Shown here piece by piece: positions 30,769 to 39,787 of a DNA stretch of 64,000 nt (the first letter of the stretch is position 1; each line of letters starts with the position of its first letter). The notes beneath the pieces were generated by a model. The model did not search any database and had not been told where the DNA came from. It saw only the letters and a list, made by a program, of their open reading frames with translations. Source of the DNA: Capsulimonadaceae bacterium (GTDB taxonomy: Bacteria > Armatimonadota > Armatimonadia > Armatimonadales > Capsulimonadaceae); assembly GCA_965215505.1 (NCBI GenBank), contig OZ244065.1, positions 160,001 through 224,000 of the forward strand, given 5' to 3'. Both the position numbers and the translations under genes were made by a program.

Positions 30769-31365
30769 ATGCCAGCGCTTGAAGTGCTAAACGATTGGGA
30801 TGCAATCTGGGACCGGATCGTCTCCGCCGTTGAGGCTGTGCGTGAGCGTCTACTGCGGGCAACACAGGCATTGGATAACGCAGGGGTCAGCTACGCCGTC
30901 ATCGGCGGCAACGCTGTCATGCTGTGGGTGGAACATCATGGCGAAGGCGGGGAGCGGAACACGCCGGATGTTGACCTGCTGGTTAGCCGCGCTGATCTGG
31001 CACGAGCCACGGCATCACTGGAGAGCGCCGGATTTGTTCCTGATGCCGTTCGGCCTGACCTATTCATTGACGGCCCGGACGGCAGCCCACGGACCCGTGT
31101 TCGCTTGTTCTTTGCCGGGGAGAAGGTGCGCGAGACGGAACTCCTGCCCAATCCGGCTCTCCCCTGTTCGGAACAAGTCGGGGGCTTCCAGGTGGTCCCG
31201 CTCGCCGCCCTCGTTCAGATGAAGCTCACGGCGTTCCGGACGATAGACAAGGTGCATCTACGCGACATGCTTGACGTTGAGTTAATCGATGAAACGTGGA
31301 AAGCCCGCTACCCGCCGGAACTGGCCGAGCGCCTGCAACTGCTGATCGACACGCCGGAAGGCTGA
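30769..31365 (+). CDS. nucleotidyltransferase-fold protein (GG.A...R.T.DVD type)
   Basis: VIGGNAV, RNTPDVD and LVQMKL..FR..D motifs. Confidence 0.75.
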   Translation: MPALEVLNDWDAIWDRIVSAVEAVRERLLRATQALDNAGVSYAVIGGNAVMLWVEHHGEGGERNTPDVDLLVSRADLARATASLESAGFVPDAVRPDLFIDGPDGSPRTRVRLFFAGEKVRETELLPNPALPCSEQVGGFQVVPLAALVQMKLTAFRTIDKVHLRDMLDVELIDETWKARYPPELAERLQLLIDTPEG

Positions 31366-31425
31366 ACAGGCACCGGCCATTCATGGCCGGTGGCTTTCTG
31401 AATGCGCCGGGTTAGTGTCAGGCAG

Positions 31426-31457
31426 AAACGCCCCGCCGAAACCTCGGCGGGGCGTTT
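31426..31457. terminator. bidirectional terminator
   Basis: AAACGCCCCGCCGA-loop-TCGGCGGGGCGTTT between convergent genes; a second hairpin at about 31371-31392. Confidence 0.8.
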
Positions 31458-31462
31458 ACCTG

Positions 31463-31855
31463 TCAGATCTGCCTGTGAACCAGCCGTATCTCGGTGATGC
31501 TGTTGACAGGGAAGTAGAGCTGCGCGCCCTTCACGCCCACGCGGAGCCAATCATCGTCAAAGGCTTGCAGTTCTCCGGTATCGCTGTAGGAGCCTTCGCC
31601 TGAACTGGAAGACACTGATACCGTGCGACCCAGCAGCGAAGGCAGCAGGCCCCCGGTGGCGGATTGCGCTGTCATGCCGCCGGCTATCTTGATAAGCCTG
31701 ATGTTGCAGGTAGGAATCAGCAAGGCACCGTCGCTGCCCGAAACCAGGTGTATCCATCTGCCGCTGATGTCCTGGAGGATGCCGGGTATGCCCGTGTCTG
31801 ATTTAGGCCAGACGGACACTTCCCGGCCTACCAGTTCCCGCAGCAAGTCGCTCAC
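31463..31855 (-). CDS. hypothetical protein with two tandem Sm/Hfq-like repeats
   Basis: Two repeats of about 60 aa with pattern L..L.GR.VSV...G.LQ....W........P...I..I. Confidence 0.6.
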   Translation of the reverse strand: MSDLLRELVGREVSVWPKSDTGIPGILQDISGRWIHLVSGSDGALLIPTCNIRLIKIAGGMTAQSATGGLLPSLLGRTVSVSSSSGEGSYSDTGELQAFDDDWLRVGVKGAQLYFPVNSITEIRLVHRQI

Positions 31856-31858
31856 CGG

Positions 31859-32845
31859 CTAATCCTTCGCCCAGAACATCGCGCCGGGCTGCTCCACGAT
31901 GACGGACGAAGTTAGAGTCTCCATCGCCTTCTTCAGCCCCTCGGTCGTGGACATCAGGCTGTCCTCGTGTTCGATGGAGAGGACGTCGTCGTAGCCGATC
32001 ATCCGCAGGTTGGAGACGAAGTCGCGCCACCAGGTCAGGGTGTGGCCGTAGCCGACCGCCCGGAAGGACCACGACCGGTGCAGCACGTCGCCGTAGGATT
32101 TGGTGTCCAGAGTCCCGTTGATGCTGGCATTGTAGGGGTCCACGCGCGTGTCCTTGGCGTGGACATGGAAGACCGCGCCCGCCTCGCCCAGCATCCGGAC
32201 GGCGGCGATGGGGTCAATGCCCTGCCACCAGAAGTGGGACGGGTCGAAGTTCGCGCCGATCTGCGTCCCCGCCGCGTCACGCAGCTTGAGGATGGTTTCG
32301 GGGTTGTAGACGAGGAAGCCGGGGTGCGCCTCGATGGCGAATTTGACGTTGTGTTCCTTCAGGAACCGGTTCTGCTTCTTCCAGTAGGGGATGGCGACCT
32401 TCTTCCACTGGTAGTCCAGGATGTCCCGGAACTCGTCCGGCCAGGCGCACGTCACCCAGTTCGGGTTCTTGGCGCGCGGGCCGTCGCCGGGGCAGCCGGA
32501 GAAGCCGTTCACGACGGTCAGGTCCAGCTTCTCGGCCAGCAGGACCGCGTTCTCGAATGCCTTGTGGTGATCGTCGCCGATGGCCCGGTCCGGGTGCAGC
32601 GCGTTCCCGTGGACCGAAAGGGAGTCCAGCGTCAGTCCACGGCTTTCAATCATCTTGCGAAGCTTCTTGCGCGCGCCGTCGTCTTTGATCAGCATCTCGA
32701 CGCCGCCGGCGTCGTCAAGGTGGCGGCTGCCGGGGTAGGCACCCGCGCCCAGCTCGACGGCCTGGATGCCGTTCGCGGCGATGATGTCCAGCGCCTCTTC
32801 GATAGGCTTGTCGTGAAACAGCGCCGTGAATATTCCGATCTTCAT
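31859..32845 (-). CDS. sugar phosphate isomerase/epimerase (xylose-isomerase-like TIM barrel)
   Basis: Start MKIGIF; EAHPG, NFDPSH, HVHAKD and SIEHED motifs. Confidence 0.92.
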   Translation of the reverse strand: MKIGIFTALFHDKPIEEALDIIAANGIQAVELGAGAYPGSRHLDDAGGVEMLIKDDGARKKLRKMIESRGLTLDSLSVHGNALHPDRAIGDDHHKAFENAVLLAEKLDLTVVNGFSGCPGDGPRAKNPNWVTCAWPDEFRDILDYQWKKVAIPYWKKQNRFLKEHNVKFAIEAHPGFLVYNPETILKLRDAAGTQIGANFDPSHFWWQGIDPIAAVRMLGEAGAVFHVHAKDTRVDPYNASINGTLDTKSYGDVLHRSWSFRAVGYGHTLTWWRDFVSNLRMIGYDDVLSIEHEDSLMSTTEGLKKAMETLTSSVIVEQPGAMFWAKD

Positions 32846-32928
32846 TGAAAACGTGTCCTCCTCGGGTGGATGACACCCCTTTCCACGCCGGCCGCGCAGA
32901 GTCCTCCCCGTCGGAAAAACAGGGGGCG

Positions 32929-33909
32929 TCACCGGCCCCGGCTCAGGTACGTCTCCGCCGCTGCCCGATACTCCCAAAGCTCGTCCTGCTTCAGCCCTCG
33001 CCAGCCCTCGCGCGTCTTGGTCAGGGCCTCCACGAACGAGTCGAACAGGGACTCCAGGCCCTGCGGCGTCTTGGCGATCCGTGTCGCTCCGACGTTCTCC
33101 GCCACCTGGGCGGGCGTCTGCATGGAGATCAGCACGCCGTCGATGTCCGGCTGTGCCAGCACCCAATAGAGGTGCGCCTGCGCGGCGGTGAAGCCGTAGA
33201 AGTTCTTGGTCAGGTTGCGGAACCGCCAGGTGTTGGGGAAGCGGACGAAGGGAACGTCCCCCAGCCAGGAGAGCGACTGGGCGGCAAGAGCAGTCACCCC
33301 TTGCGCGCGGCAGGCCGGGAACAGACGCGCCCCCGCCGCCTGATCGAGATAGTTGAACCGCGCCAGCACGATGTCGGCGGGCAGCGCGCCGCCCTCGATG
33401 GCCTCGGCCAATGCGTCATAAGCGCCGTAACAGGTCGCGCCGGTGTGCCGGATCGTCCCGGCGGCCTTCGCCTCCTCCAGCGCCCGCCGCGCCCCGGCCA
33501 GCCGGGCGGGCGTGTGGACCTCGGGGCGGAAGTCGTACAACAGGAAGACGTCCAGCGCGTCCACGCCGAGCAGTTCCCGCTTGCGGGCGATCGCGCCGCT
33601 GACGGCCTGCGCCGCTCCGTCCTCCGTGTCCGGGCAGCGGTCCAAAGCGTCGCCGTCGGTGGTGCTGACCGTCACTTCCCGCCTGATGCCGAGGCTGCGG
33701 AGGGACGCGCCCAGTGAGGCGGCCTCGCGCTCGTAGGCCGCGTGGAAGAAGGTGATGCCGCCGTCCAGGGCCGCCCGGACGGTCGCCGCCCGCTCTTCGG
33801 GACTGGCGAGGTAGATGTCGCTGTCGGGCGATGCGCTCCCCGGCTCGCGCCGGAAGGGCCGCTCGCCATAGGCGAGGCGGGTGGGGGAGAGGATGGGGCC
33901 ATCGCTCAT
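32929..33909 (-). CDS. aldo/keto reductase family protein (divergent)
   Basis: ALDGGITFF, KAAGTIRHTG, RFNYLD and QVAEN segments. Confidence 0.75.
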   Translation of the reverse strand: MSDGPILSPTRLAYGERPFRREPGSASPDSDIYLASPEERAATVRAALDGGITFFHAAYEREAASLGASLRSLGIRREVTVSTTDGDALDRCPDTEDGAAQAVSGAIARKRELLGVDALDVFLLYDFRPEVHTPARLAGARRALEEAKAAGTIRHTGATCYGAYDALAEAIEGGALPADIVLARFNYLDQAAGARLFPACRAQGVTALAAQSLSWLGDVPFVRFPNTWRFRNLTKNFYGFTAAQAHLYWVLAQPDIDGVLISMQTPAQVAENVGATRIAKTPQGLESLFDSFVEALTKTREGWRGLKQDELWEYRAAAETYLSRGR

Positions 33910-34691
33910 GGGTGTGTCCTCACCGTCACCCGGTCCCCCACGTTCACCCGCAACTGGTGGCGCGCGTCCCCGTTCCGCACGGCGATCTCCAAGTATCCGC
34001 TGCTGCCGAACAGGGCCAGCGGCTCGCCCTCCGGCACCTGGCTGTAGCTGTCCGAGAGGCCTTCGATGGACGTGCCGCTCACCGTGACGACGGTGCCGGC
34101 GACATCCTCGATCTCGGCCATGTCTTCGGTCACGTCCGTGAACAGGTTGCCGAACACGTCTACATGGATGACGTGACAGGTGATGGTGTTGCCGAAGACG
34201 AGGGGCTGTGACAATGGGAACCTCTGCAATGTGTCCACCCGCGTCCCCAACGTCTCCAGCGGGACACCGTTCGCGAGATGGGCGGCGACCGGGGCGAAGA
34301 GGTCACGCCCGTGGAACGTCCGGCTGACGTGGGGCAGGTGGAACCGAGAATCGTCCAGTGTCACCGCCTGTGTCAGCGGGTCCTCCGCCAGCACATAGGA
34401 GAGCAGGCCGTTGTCGGGGCAGACATAGAAGAAGTCCCCGATCTTCGCCGCCACGGGCCGCCGCGCGCCGCCGACGCCGGGGTCCACGACGGCCAGGTGG
34501 ATGGTCCCCGGCGGGAAGTATCGGTAGGAGGTCTTCAGTACGAACGCGCCGGCCTTGATGTCTTGCGGGGGCACGTCATGTGTCAGGTCAATGACGTCGG
34601 CGTGGGGCGCGAGGGACTTGATGACGCCCTTCATCACGCCCACGAAGGCGTCCCGTGTGCCGAAGTCCGTCAGCAGGGTAATAACAGGCAT
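33906..34691 (-). CDS. SAM hydroxide adenosyltransferase (DUF62; halogenase superfamily)
   Basis: TLLTDFG, VVDPGVG, PDNG, TFHGRD and DVFGN motifs. Confidence 0.93.
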   Translation of the reverse strand: MPVITLLTDFGTRDAFVGVMKGVIKSLAPHADVIDLTHDVPPQDIKAGAFVLKTSYRYFPPGTIHLAVVDPGVGGARRPVAAKIGDFFYVCPDNGLLSYVLAEDPLTQAVTLDDSRFHLPHVSRTFHGRDLFAPVAAHLANGVPLETLGTRVDTLQRFPLSQPLVFGNTITCHVIHVDVFGNLFTDVTEDMAEIEDVAGTVVTVSGTSIEGLSDSYSQVPEGEPLALFGSSGYLEIAVRNGDARHQLRVNVGDRVTVRTHP

Positions 34692-34704
34692 GAGGCACAC
34701 TCTC

Positions 34705-34734
34705 TTGACAAACAGCAGACGGATACGATAGAAT
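34705..34734 (+). promoter_or_regulatory. sigma70 promoter of the CHAD-Ppx operon
   Basis: TTGACA-N18-TAGAAT. Confidence 0.7.
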
Positions 34735-34745
34735 GGCGGACACAC

Positions 34746-35225
34746 ATGGCTAAATCAGCGTATGACATCGCACCGGACGCCACCTTCATTGAAGCGGCGC
34801 ACACCTCGCTCCAGCAGCAGCTCCACGAGATGATGACCAACCTAGACGGCACCCGCGCGGGCGACGACATCGAGGCCCTGCACGACATGCGGGTCGCCTC
34901 CCGCCGCCTCCGCGCGGCCCTCTCCGTCTTCGCGGCGGCCTTCCCGCCCAAGCCCTTCGCCGCCACCGAGAAGGAGGTCGCCAAGACGACCGACGCCCTG
35001 GGCGCGGTGCGGGATGGGGACGTCCAGATCGAGTTCATGGAGTCGGTCATCGAGGCCGCCCCCGAGAGCGAGAAGGTCGGCCTGCGGGCCTTCGCCGAAC
35101 ACCTCAAGAAAGAGCGGGACCGCGAGCGGGTCCTGCTCGTCAAGGAGCTGAACCGGCTGGAGAAGAGCCATTTCGTGCGGGACTTCCATAAGCTGCTCGG
35201 GACGGAGGATGCCGCACATGGCTAA
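34746..35225 (+). CDS. half-size CHAD-domain protein A (polyphosphate-binding)
   Basis: EALHDMRVASRRLR...LGAVRDGDV. Confidence 0.88.
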   Translation: MAKSAYDIAPDATFIEAAHTSLQQQLHEMMTNLDGTRAGDDIEALHDMRVASRRLRAALSVFAAAFPPKPFAATEKEVAKTTDALGAVRDGDVQIEFMESVIEAAPESEKVGLRAFAEHLKKERDRERVLLVKELNRLEKSHFVRDFHKLLGTEDAAHG

Positions 35226-35748
35226 GGCCCTCCCCCTGTATGCCGTCAACCCGCGCGAGTCCCTGCGCTCCAATGCGCCCCTGATGCTCCACACGCGCCT
35301 GGAAGAGCTGTACCAGTTCGCCCCCTACATCAGTGATCCGGTGCGGGTGGAGGAGCTGCACAACATGCGGATCGCCGCCAAACGCCTGCGCTACACCATG
35401 GAGATCTTCCAGCCGTGCTTTCCCGGCAAGGACTTTTCCAAGCTCTACGATCAAGTCAAGGCCGTGCAGGAGCAGATCGGCGAGATCCACGACCGGGACG
35501 TGCGCGGGCCGCTGCTGAAAGACTTTTTGGACAGCCACGTCGGCGACCGCCCCGAGATTAGGGCCGGGCTGGAGCGGCTGATCCAGAGCCAATCGGCGGA
35601 GCGGGCGAAGCTGTACCGCGGCTTCGTCGGCTCCTGGAACAAGATGCAAAAGCAAGGATTTAAGCGCCAGTTCTTGCAGGTGCTGGTCCAGGCCGAGCCG
35701 GAGCCGACCGAGACGGCGGCGGACGAGGAGATTGTACCCACCCCATGA
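35218..35748 (+). CDS. half-size CHAD-domain protein B
   Basis: EELHNMRIAAKRLRY..E...QEQIGEIHDRDV. Confidence 0.88.
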   Translation: MAKALPLYAVNPRESLRSNAPLMLHTRLEELYQFAPYISDPVRVEELHNMRIAAKRLRYTMEIFQPCFPGKDFSKLYDQVKAVQEQIGEIHDRDVRGPLLKDFLDSHVGDRPEIRAGLERLIQSQSAERAKLYRGFVGSWNKMQKQGFKRQFLQVLVQAEPEPTETAADEEIVPTP

Positions 35749-36353
35749 GCAAAACTCTAGCCCCAACCCAGGCGGACGAAGTGGCCCCCTCGGACCTGCC
35801 CGAAATCCCCTACCTCGGCGCGACCCGCCGGCAGGCTCTGGCGGAGGCCGGGATACGGACGCTGGACGAACTCCGGGCCGCGAGCGTGGAACAGATCGGC
35901 GGCATCAAGGGCGTCGGCATGGTCAACGCCGCCCGCGTCAAGGAGTGGCTGGCGGTGCAGGCCGAGATGCCCGCCGTCGCCCTGGCGACCCCGCTCCCGC
36001 AGACGGACGGGTCCGCCTCGGCTCTGGCGGTCGCCAACCAGGACGTCCAGGAGGTGTTCCAGAAGCTCGGCGACGCCGCCGAAAAGCTGAAAAAGACGGT
36101 CCCGGCCAAGACGCGCGACAAGGGCCTGGACCGGCAGCTCGACAAGCTGGACACGGTCGCCTCGGAGCTTGCCGAAGGCCCGGACACGCTCTCCATGGGA
36201 CAGGTGCAGGAGGCGGTCAAGACGCTGGACAAGATCGCCGCCCTGCTCGAAGCCGCTGCGGCGGCGGAGAAGCTGACGCCCAAGAAGCAGGCCGTGCTGA
36301 TCGAGGAACTGCGCGCCCGCCGCAAGCGTCTCCAGAAAACGCTGGGCGAATAG
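35745..36353 (+). CDS. helix-hairpin-helix domain protein with a helical C-terminal domain
   Basis: IPYLGATRRQALAEAGI and IKGVG HhH motifs. Confidence 0.75.
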   Translation: MSKTLAPTQADEVAPSDLPEIPYLGATRRQALAEAGIRTLDELRAASVEQIGGIKGVGMVNAARVKEWLAVQAEMPAVALATPLPQTDGSASALAVANQDVQEVFQKLGDAAEKLKKTVPAKTRDKGLDRQLDKLDTVASELAEGPDTLSMGQVQEAVKTLDKIAALLEAAAAAEKLTPKKQAVLIEELRARRKRLQKTLGE

Positions 36354-36372
36354 ATCAGGACAGTGGGACGAA

Positions 36373-37014
36373 GTGCAGTACGGCGTCTTCAGTGATGTTC
36401 ACGGCAACTTAGGCGCACTCGAAGCAGTCTGGAATGCCCTGGAGATGGTGGGCATGACAGACCGGCCCGTCTTCAATGCCGGGGATGTCGTTGGTTACGG
36501 CGACGCGCCCGAGGCGTGCGTCCGGTTCCTGCGCGCCCGGCCCGGCATCATCACCGTGCGCGGCAACTACGATAAGAACGTCGCCGCGTTCCCCGAGCGC
36601 GAGGCCGAGTACCGCAAGAAGTGGGGCCGGTCCCGCCCCGACAAGTACGAGGCCATCCACCGCGACAGCGAGGCCATCACGGAGGAAACCCGGCAGTGGC
36701 TCGCCGGCCTGCCCGGCGAAATCGAGCTTGGGCTGGACGGCGTTGCCGTCCTGATGACCCACTACGCGCCCGGCTCCAAAGAGGGCCTGGGGAGCTGGAC
36801 GCCCGATGCCCGGCTGGCCGAACTGGCGGAAACGACGGATGCCAACGTCGTCGTCTGCGGCCACACGCACACGCCCTTTGTCCGCGCTGTCGGCGGCGTT
36901 CTCTGGGTCAACCCCGGCAGCCTGGGCCGCTCCTGGGACGGCCGTTTCCGCTATGCCGTCCTGACCCTCGCCTCCGGCCAGCCGCCGAAAGCCCAACTCA
37001 AACAGCTAGGATGA
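36373..37014 (+). CDS. metallophosphoesterase (calcineurin-like, YfcE type)
   Basis: SDVHGN, GDVVGYG, RGNYD, GHTH and NPGS motifs. Confidence 0.92.
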   Translation: MQYGVFSDVHGNLGALEAVWNALEMVGMTDRPVFNAGDVVGYGDAPEACVRFLRARPGIITVRGNYDKNVAAFPEREAEYRKKWGRSRPDKYEAIHRDSEAITEETRQWLAGLPGEIELGLDGVAVLMTHYAPGSKEGLGSWTPDARLAELAETTDANVVVCGHTHTPFVRAVGGVLWVNPGSLGRSWDGRFRYAVLTLASGQPPKAQLKQLG

Positions 37015-37946
37015 AGACCATGCGCCTCGCCGCCATTGACATCGGGACCAACTCCACGAAGATGACCGTCGCCGACGTGTCCGACGAGGGCGCGCTCACC
37101 GTCGTCGCCGAGCAGTCGGACGTGACACGGCTGGGCGAGGGCGTGGACGCCTCGAAGCGGCTTGGGGAAGTGCCCATGGCCCGTACTCTTGAGGCCATCG
37201 CCCGCTTCGCCGCCGACGCCCGCCGACAGGGCACTCAGACCGTCCTGGGCGCGGGAACGAGCGCCCTCCGGGACGCCGCCAACGGCGCGGACTTCATCGC
37301 GCAGGCGAAGGCGCGCGCCGACGTTAACATCCAGATCATCAGCGGCGACCGTGAGGCGCAGCTCGCCTACGCCGCCGTCCGCTCCGACGCGACGCTCAAC
37401 ATCCCCGCCGAAGCCTTCCTGCTCGTGTTTGACATCGGCGGCGGCAGCACGGAACTCATCCTGGGCGATCGGGCCGGGGTGGGGCGGCACAAGAGCCTGG
37501 ACATCGGGGCCGTCCGCCTGACCGAGCGTTTCCTGCACTCCGACCCGCCGACGGCCTATGAACTGGACCAGGCCGCGCAGTACGCCCGCGCCGCCTTTGA
37601 GACGTTCCCCACGCCCGACACTCCCCCGCTCGTCGCCGGCATCGGCGGCACCGCCGTCAACATCGCCGCCGTCACGATGGGACAGGCCAAACCCGACCCC
37701 GACGCCCTGCACGGCACGGCCCTCGCCCATCCCGATGTTGCCGCCGCCCTGGGCCGCTTCGCCCATTCGTCACTTGCCGCCCGCCGCGAAATCCCCGGCC
37801 TCGAACCCAAACGCGCCGACGTCATCGTCGCCGGGGCGCTCATCCTCGACTCCCTCCTGACCTACTTCCACGCCGACCGCTTCACCCTCAGCGCCCGCGG
37901 CCTGCGCTACGGCCTGCTGGCGGATTACGCGAAGGCAAATCGGTAG
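37011..37946 (+). CDS. ppx: Ppx/GppA exopolyphosphatase (short form)
   Basis: AAIDIGTNS, TSALRDAAN, DIGGGSTE, GAVRLTE, RADVI and GLRYG motifs. Confidence 0.9.
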   Translation: MKTMRLAAIDIGTNSTKMTVADVSDEGALTVVAEQSDVTRLGEGVDASKRLGEVPMARTLEAIARFAADARRQGTQTVLGAGTSALRDAANGADFIAQAKARADVNIQIISGDREAQLAYAAVRSDATLNIPAEAFLLVFDIGGGSTELILGDRAGVGRHKSLDIGAVRLTERFLHSDPPTAYELDQAAQYARAAFETFPTPDTPPLVAGIGGTAVNIAAVTMGQAKPDPDALHGTALAHPDVAAALGRFAHSSLAARREIPGLEPKRADVIVAGALILDSLLTYFHADRFTLSARGLRYGLLADYAKANR

Positions 37947-37950
37947 CCAC

Positions 37951-38487
37951 TTGCGACCACAAGTAAATCTGGATCGCATCGAAGAAAGACTGAACCGCCG
38001 CCGGACCGATGGCCGATTTGGCTGGCTCATGTTCCCGCCTAACCAAACATCGCCTATGGATGCCGTAGGCATGAAGGCTGTGTTGCGCCGCGCCTTCATC
38101 TTTCCATTTCTCCTCATTGCCTACTTCGCGATCTTCTTTATCTTCACGTCGCTTATTATTGTCGCTGCCACTGCAATCGAATATCGGCATCATATCCACC
38201 ATCTAAACTGGCGACTGCTGAAAGTGCTATTTAGGTTTGCCTACCGGACTCAACTCAGCATTATGTCTAAAGACGGTGAATCTCCGATAGATTATGTCTT
38301 CATTACTCTTGGTTTTGCGGCGCTGAATGTCGTTTTCCTACTCTCTTTGAGATGGGCCTGGAACCGCCGCGCTGACCGCCTGAACCGTGAGGCAAATGAG
38401 CCGCAGGCGCTGCTCGCTATTGACACCGGCATCTGGCCCCCGCCGCCGACCGTCTCCGCTTCCGCTGACACCCTGCCGAGAACATAA
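37951..38487 (+). CDS. 2-TM membrane protein with WAWNRRA and C-terminal GIWPPPP
   Basis: Hydrophobic helices; lower GC; paralog of the 39317 gene. Confidence 0.7.
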   Translation: MRPQVNLDRIEERLNRRRTDGRFGWLMFPPNQTSPMDAVGMKAVLRRAFIFPFLLIAYFAIFFIFTSLIIVAATAIEYRHHIHHLNWRLLKVLFRFAYRTQLSIMSKDGESPIDYVFITLGFAALNVVFLLSLRWAWNRRADRLNREANEPQALLAIDTGIWPPPPTVSASADTLPRT

Positions 38488-38489
38488 TC

Positions 38490-39317
38490 ATGCTTGGAAT
38501 GCCCTCCTGGTTCGGAATCGTCCTCATCATCGTCATGGTCATCGGCGAGTTCGCCTGCTGCGCCCTGCCCGCCCTGCTGTGGGCACTCATCGGGAAGCAG
38601 GACTTGGTGGAGGCGTTCGCGTGGCGGCGGGCGGACTGGCGGGAGTATGTCGGGGCCGTGCTGCTGGGGCTGGGATTCCTCCCCTGGGTGCAAACGCTGA
38701 TCGTGATACAGAACCACGTCTGGCCCCGGAGCATGGCGGGGCAGGCGGCAAACACCGCTCTTATGCTGCCGCTGCTCCAGCATTACGCCATCGTGATGGT
38801 GCTGGCCCTGCCTGTCTCGGCGGCGTTCAGCGAGGAGCTGCTCTTTCGGGGCACGCTCCAGCGCGCCCTCCTCAAGCGGATGCCGGTCTGGGCCGCCGTC
38901 GGGCTGGCCTCCCTGATCTTCGCCGCCGTGCATTTTGACTTGCAGGGGTTCATCGTGCGGACGATGCTCGGCGTCCTGCTGGCCGTCATGGTGCTGCGCG
39001 GGCGGTCCATCTTCCCCGCGATGGCTCTGCACTTCATTTACGACGCCGCCGCTCTGGGCAGCGCGGCCTGGGACGTGCATTCCCAGGGCATGAAAGCCGC
39101 CCTGCGCGTGGCGGGCCGGGCGGACATGGGCGTCAGCCTGCAAGAGCTGGTCATCAGCACCGCCGTCGGGACGCTCCTGCTGGCGGCGGGCTGGGGCCTG
39201 TGCTGGAGCGTCTGGCGGCGGAAGCGTGTGGAACCGGCTGTGGAGGAGGCGGCACCGGAGCCGGGGACGGTCTGGCCGCCCGCGCCGCAGGGGCCGGGAG
39301 AGGCGGCGGCCTCGTGA
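38490..39317 (+). CDS. CPBP (CAAX/Abi, Rce1-like) intramembrane metalloprotease with C-terminal GTVWPPAP
   Basis: EELLFRG, FAAVH and H..YD motifs. Confidence 0.9.
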   Translation: MLGMPSWFGIVLIIVMVIGEFACCALPALLWALIGKQDLVEAFAWRRADWREYVGAVLLGLGFLPWVQTLIVIQNHVWPRSMAGQAANTALMLPLLQHYAIVMVLALPVSAAFSEELLFRGTLQRALLKRMPVWAAVGLASLIFAAVHFDLQGFIVRTMLGVLLAVMVLRGRSIFPAMALHFIYDAAALGSAAWDVHSQGMKAALRVAGRADMGVSLQELVISTAVGTLLLAAGWGLCWSVWRRKRVEPAVEEAAPEPGTVWPPAPQGPGEAAAS

Positions 39318-39787
39318 TGCCCATGATGACCCCTGGGGTGGGTGAACGCTTCTTCAACTGGCAGAGCGACATGGACTGGGCCTGGGGGCCTTTGCTGCCC
39401 CTGCGCCCACCGCGCACGACCCTGATGCGGCCCTGGGTCTGGGTGCGCCTGTTCCTGGCCTTCACCGCGCTGGGCCTGCTCCTGCTGGCATTGATCGCCG
39501 CCCTGTGCGTGCTGCTGCCCCGGCTGGCGGCGGCGAACCATTCCCCCCTCCCGCCGGTCGCCTCCGAGACGCTGTCTACGCTGCAAGCTATGGGGGCGGA
39601 CCCCGGTACGCGCCTGCTGCTGATCGGCATTGCCCTGAGCCTGCCCGTGTTGTTCTTCGCTTTCTGCCTGCCCTACCACTGGGCCTGGAACCGGCGCGCG
39701 GCGCGGCTGCGGGAGACGGGGGAGGAGGCGGAAGAGGCAAGGGAAGCAGAGCGAGCGGGCGTATGGCCGCCGCCACCCGCCTTGTAG
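39317..39787 (+). CDS. 2-TM membrane protein with WAWNRRA and C-terminal GVWPPPP
   Basis: Start overlaps the CPBP stop (TGATG); paralog of the 37951 gene. Confidence 0.75.
   Translation: MPMMTPGVGERFFNWQSDMDWAWGPLLPLRPPRTTLMRPWVWVRLFLAFTALGLLLLALIAALCVLLPRLAAANHSPLPPVASETLSTLQAMGADPGTRLLLIGIALSLPVLFFAFCLPYHWAWNRRAARLRETGEEAEEAREAERAGVWPPPPAL

Noticed and set aside
33906-34691. Fluorinase or chlorinase
   Set aside because: It has the DUF62 hydrolase signature (DPGVG, R, TFHGRD) rather than the halogenase motifs.
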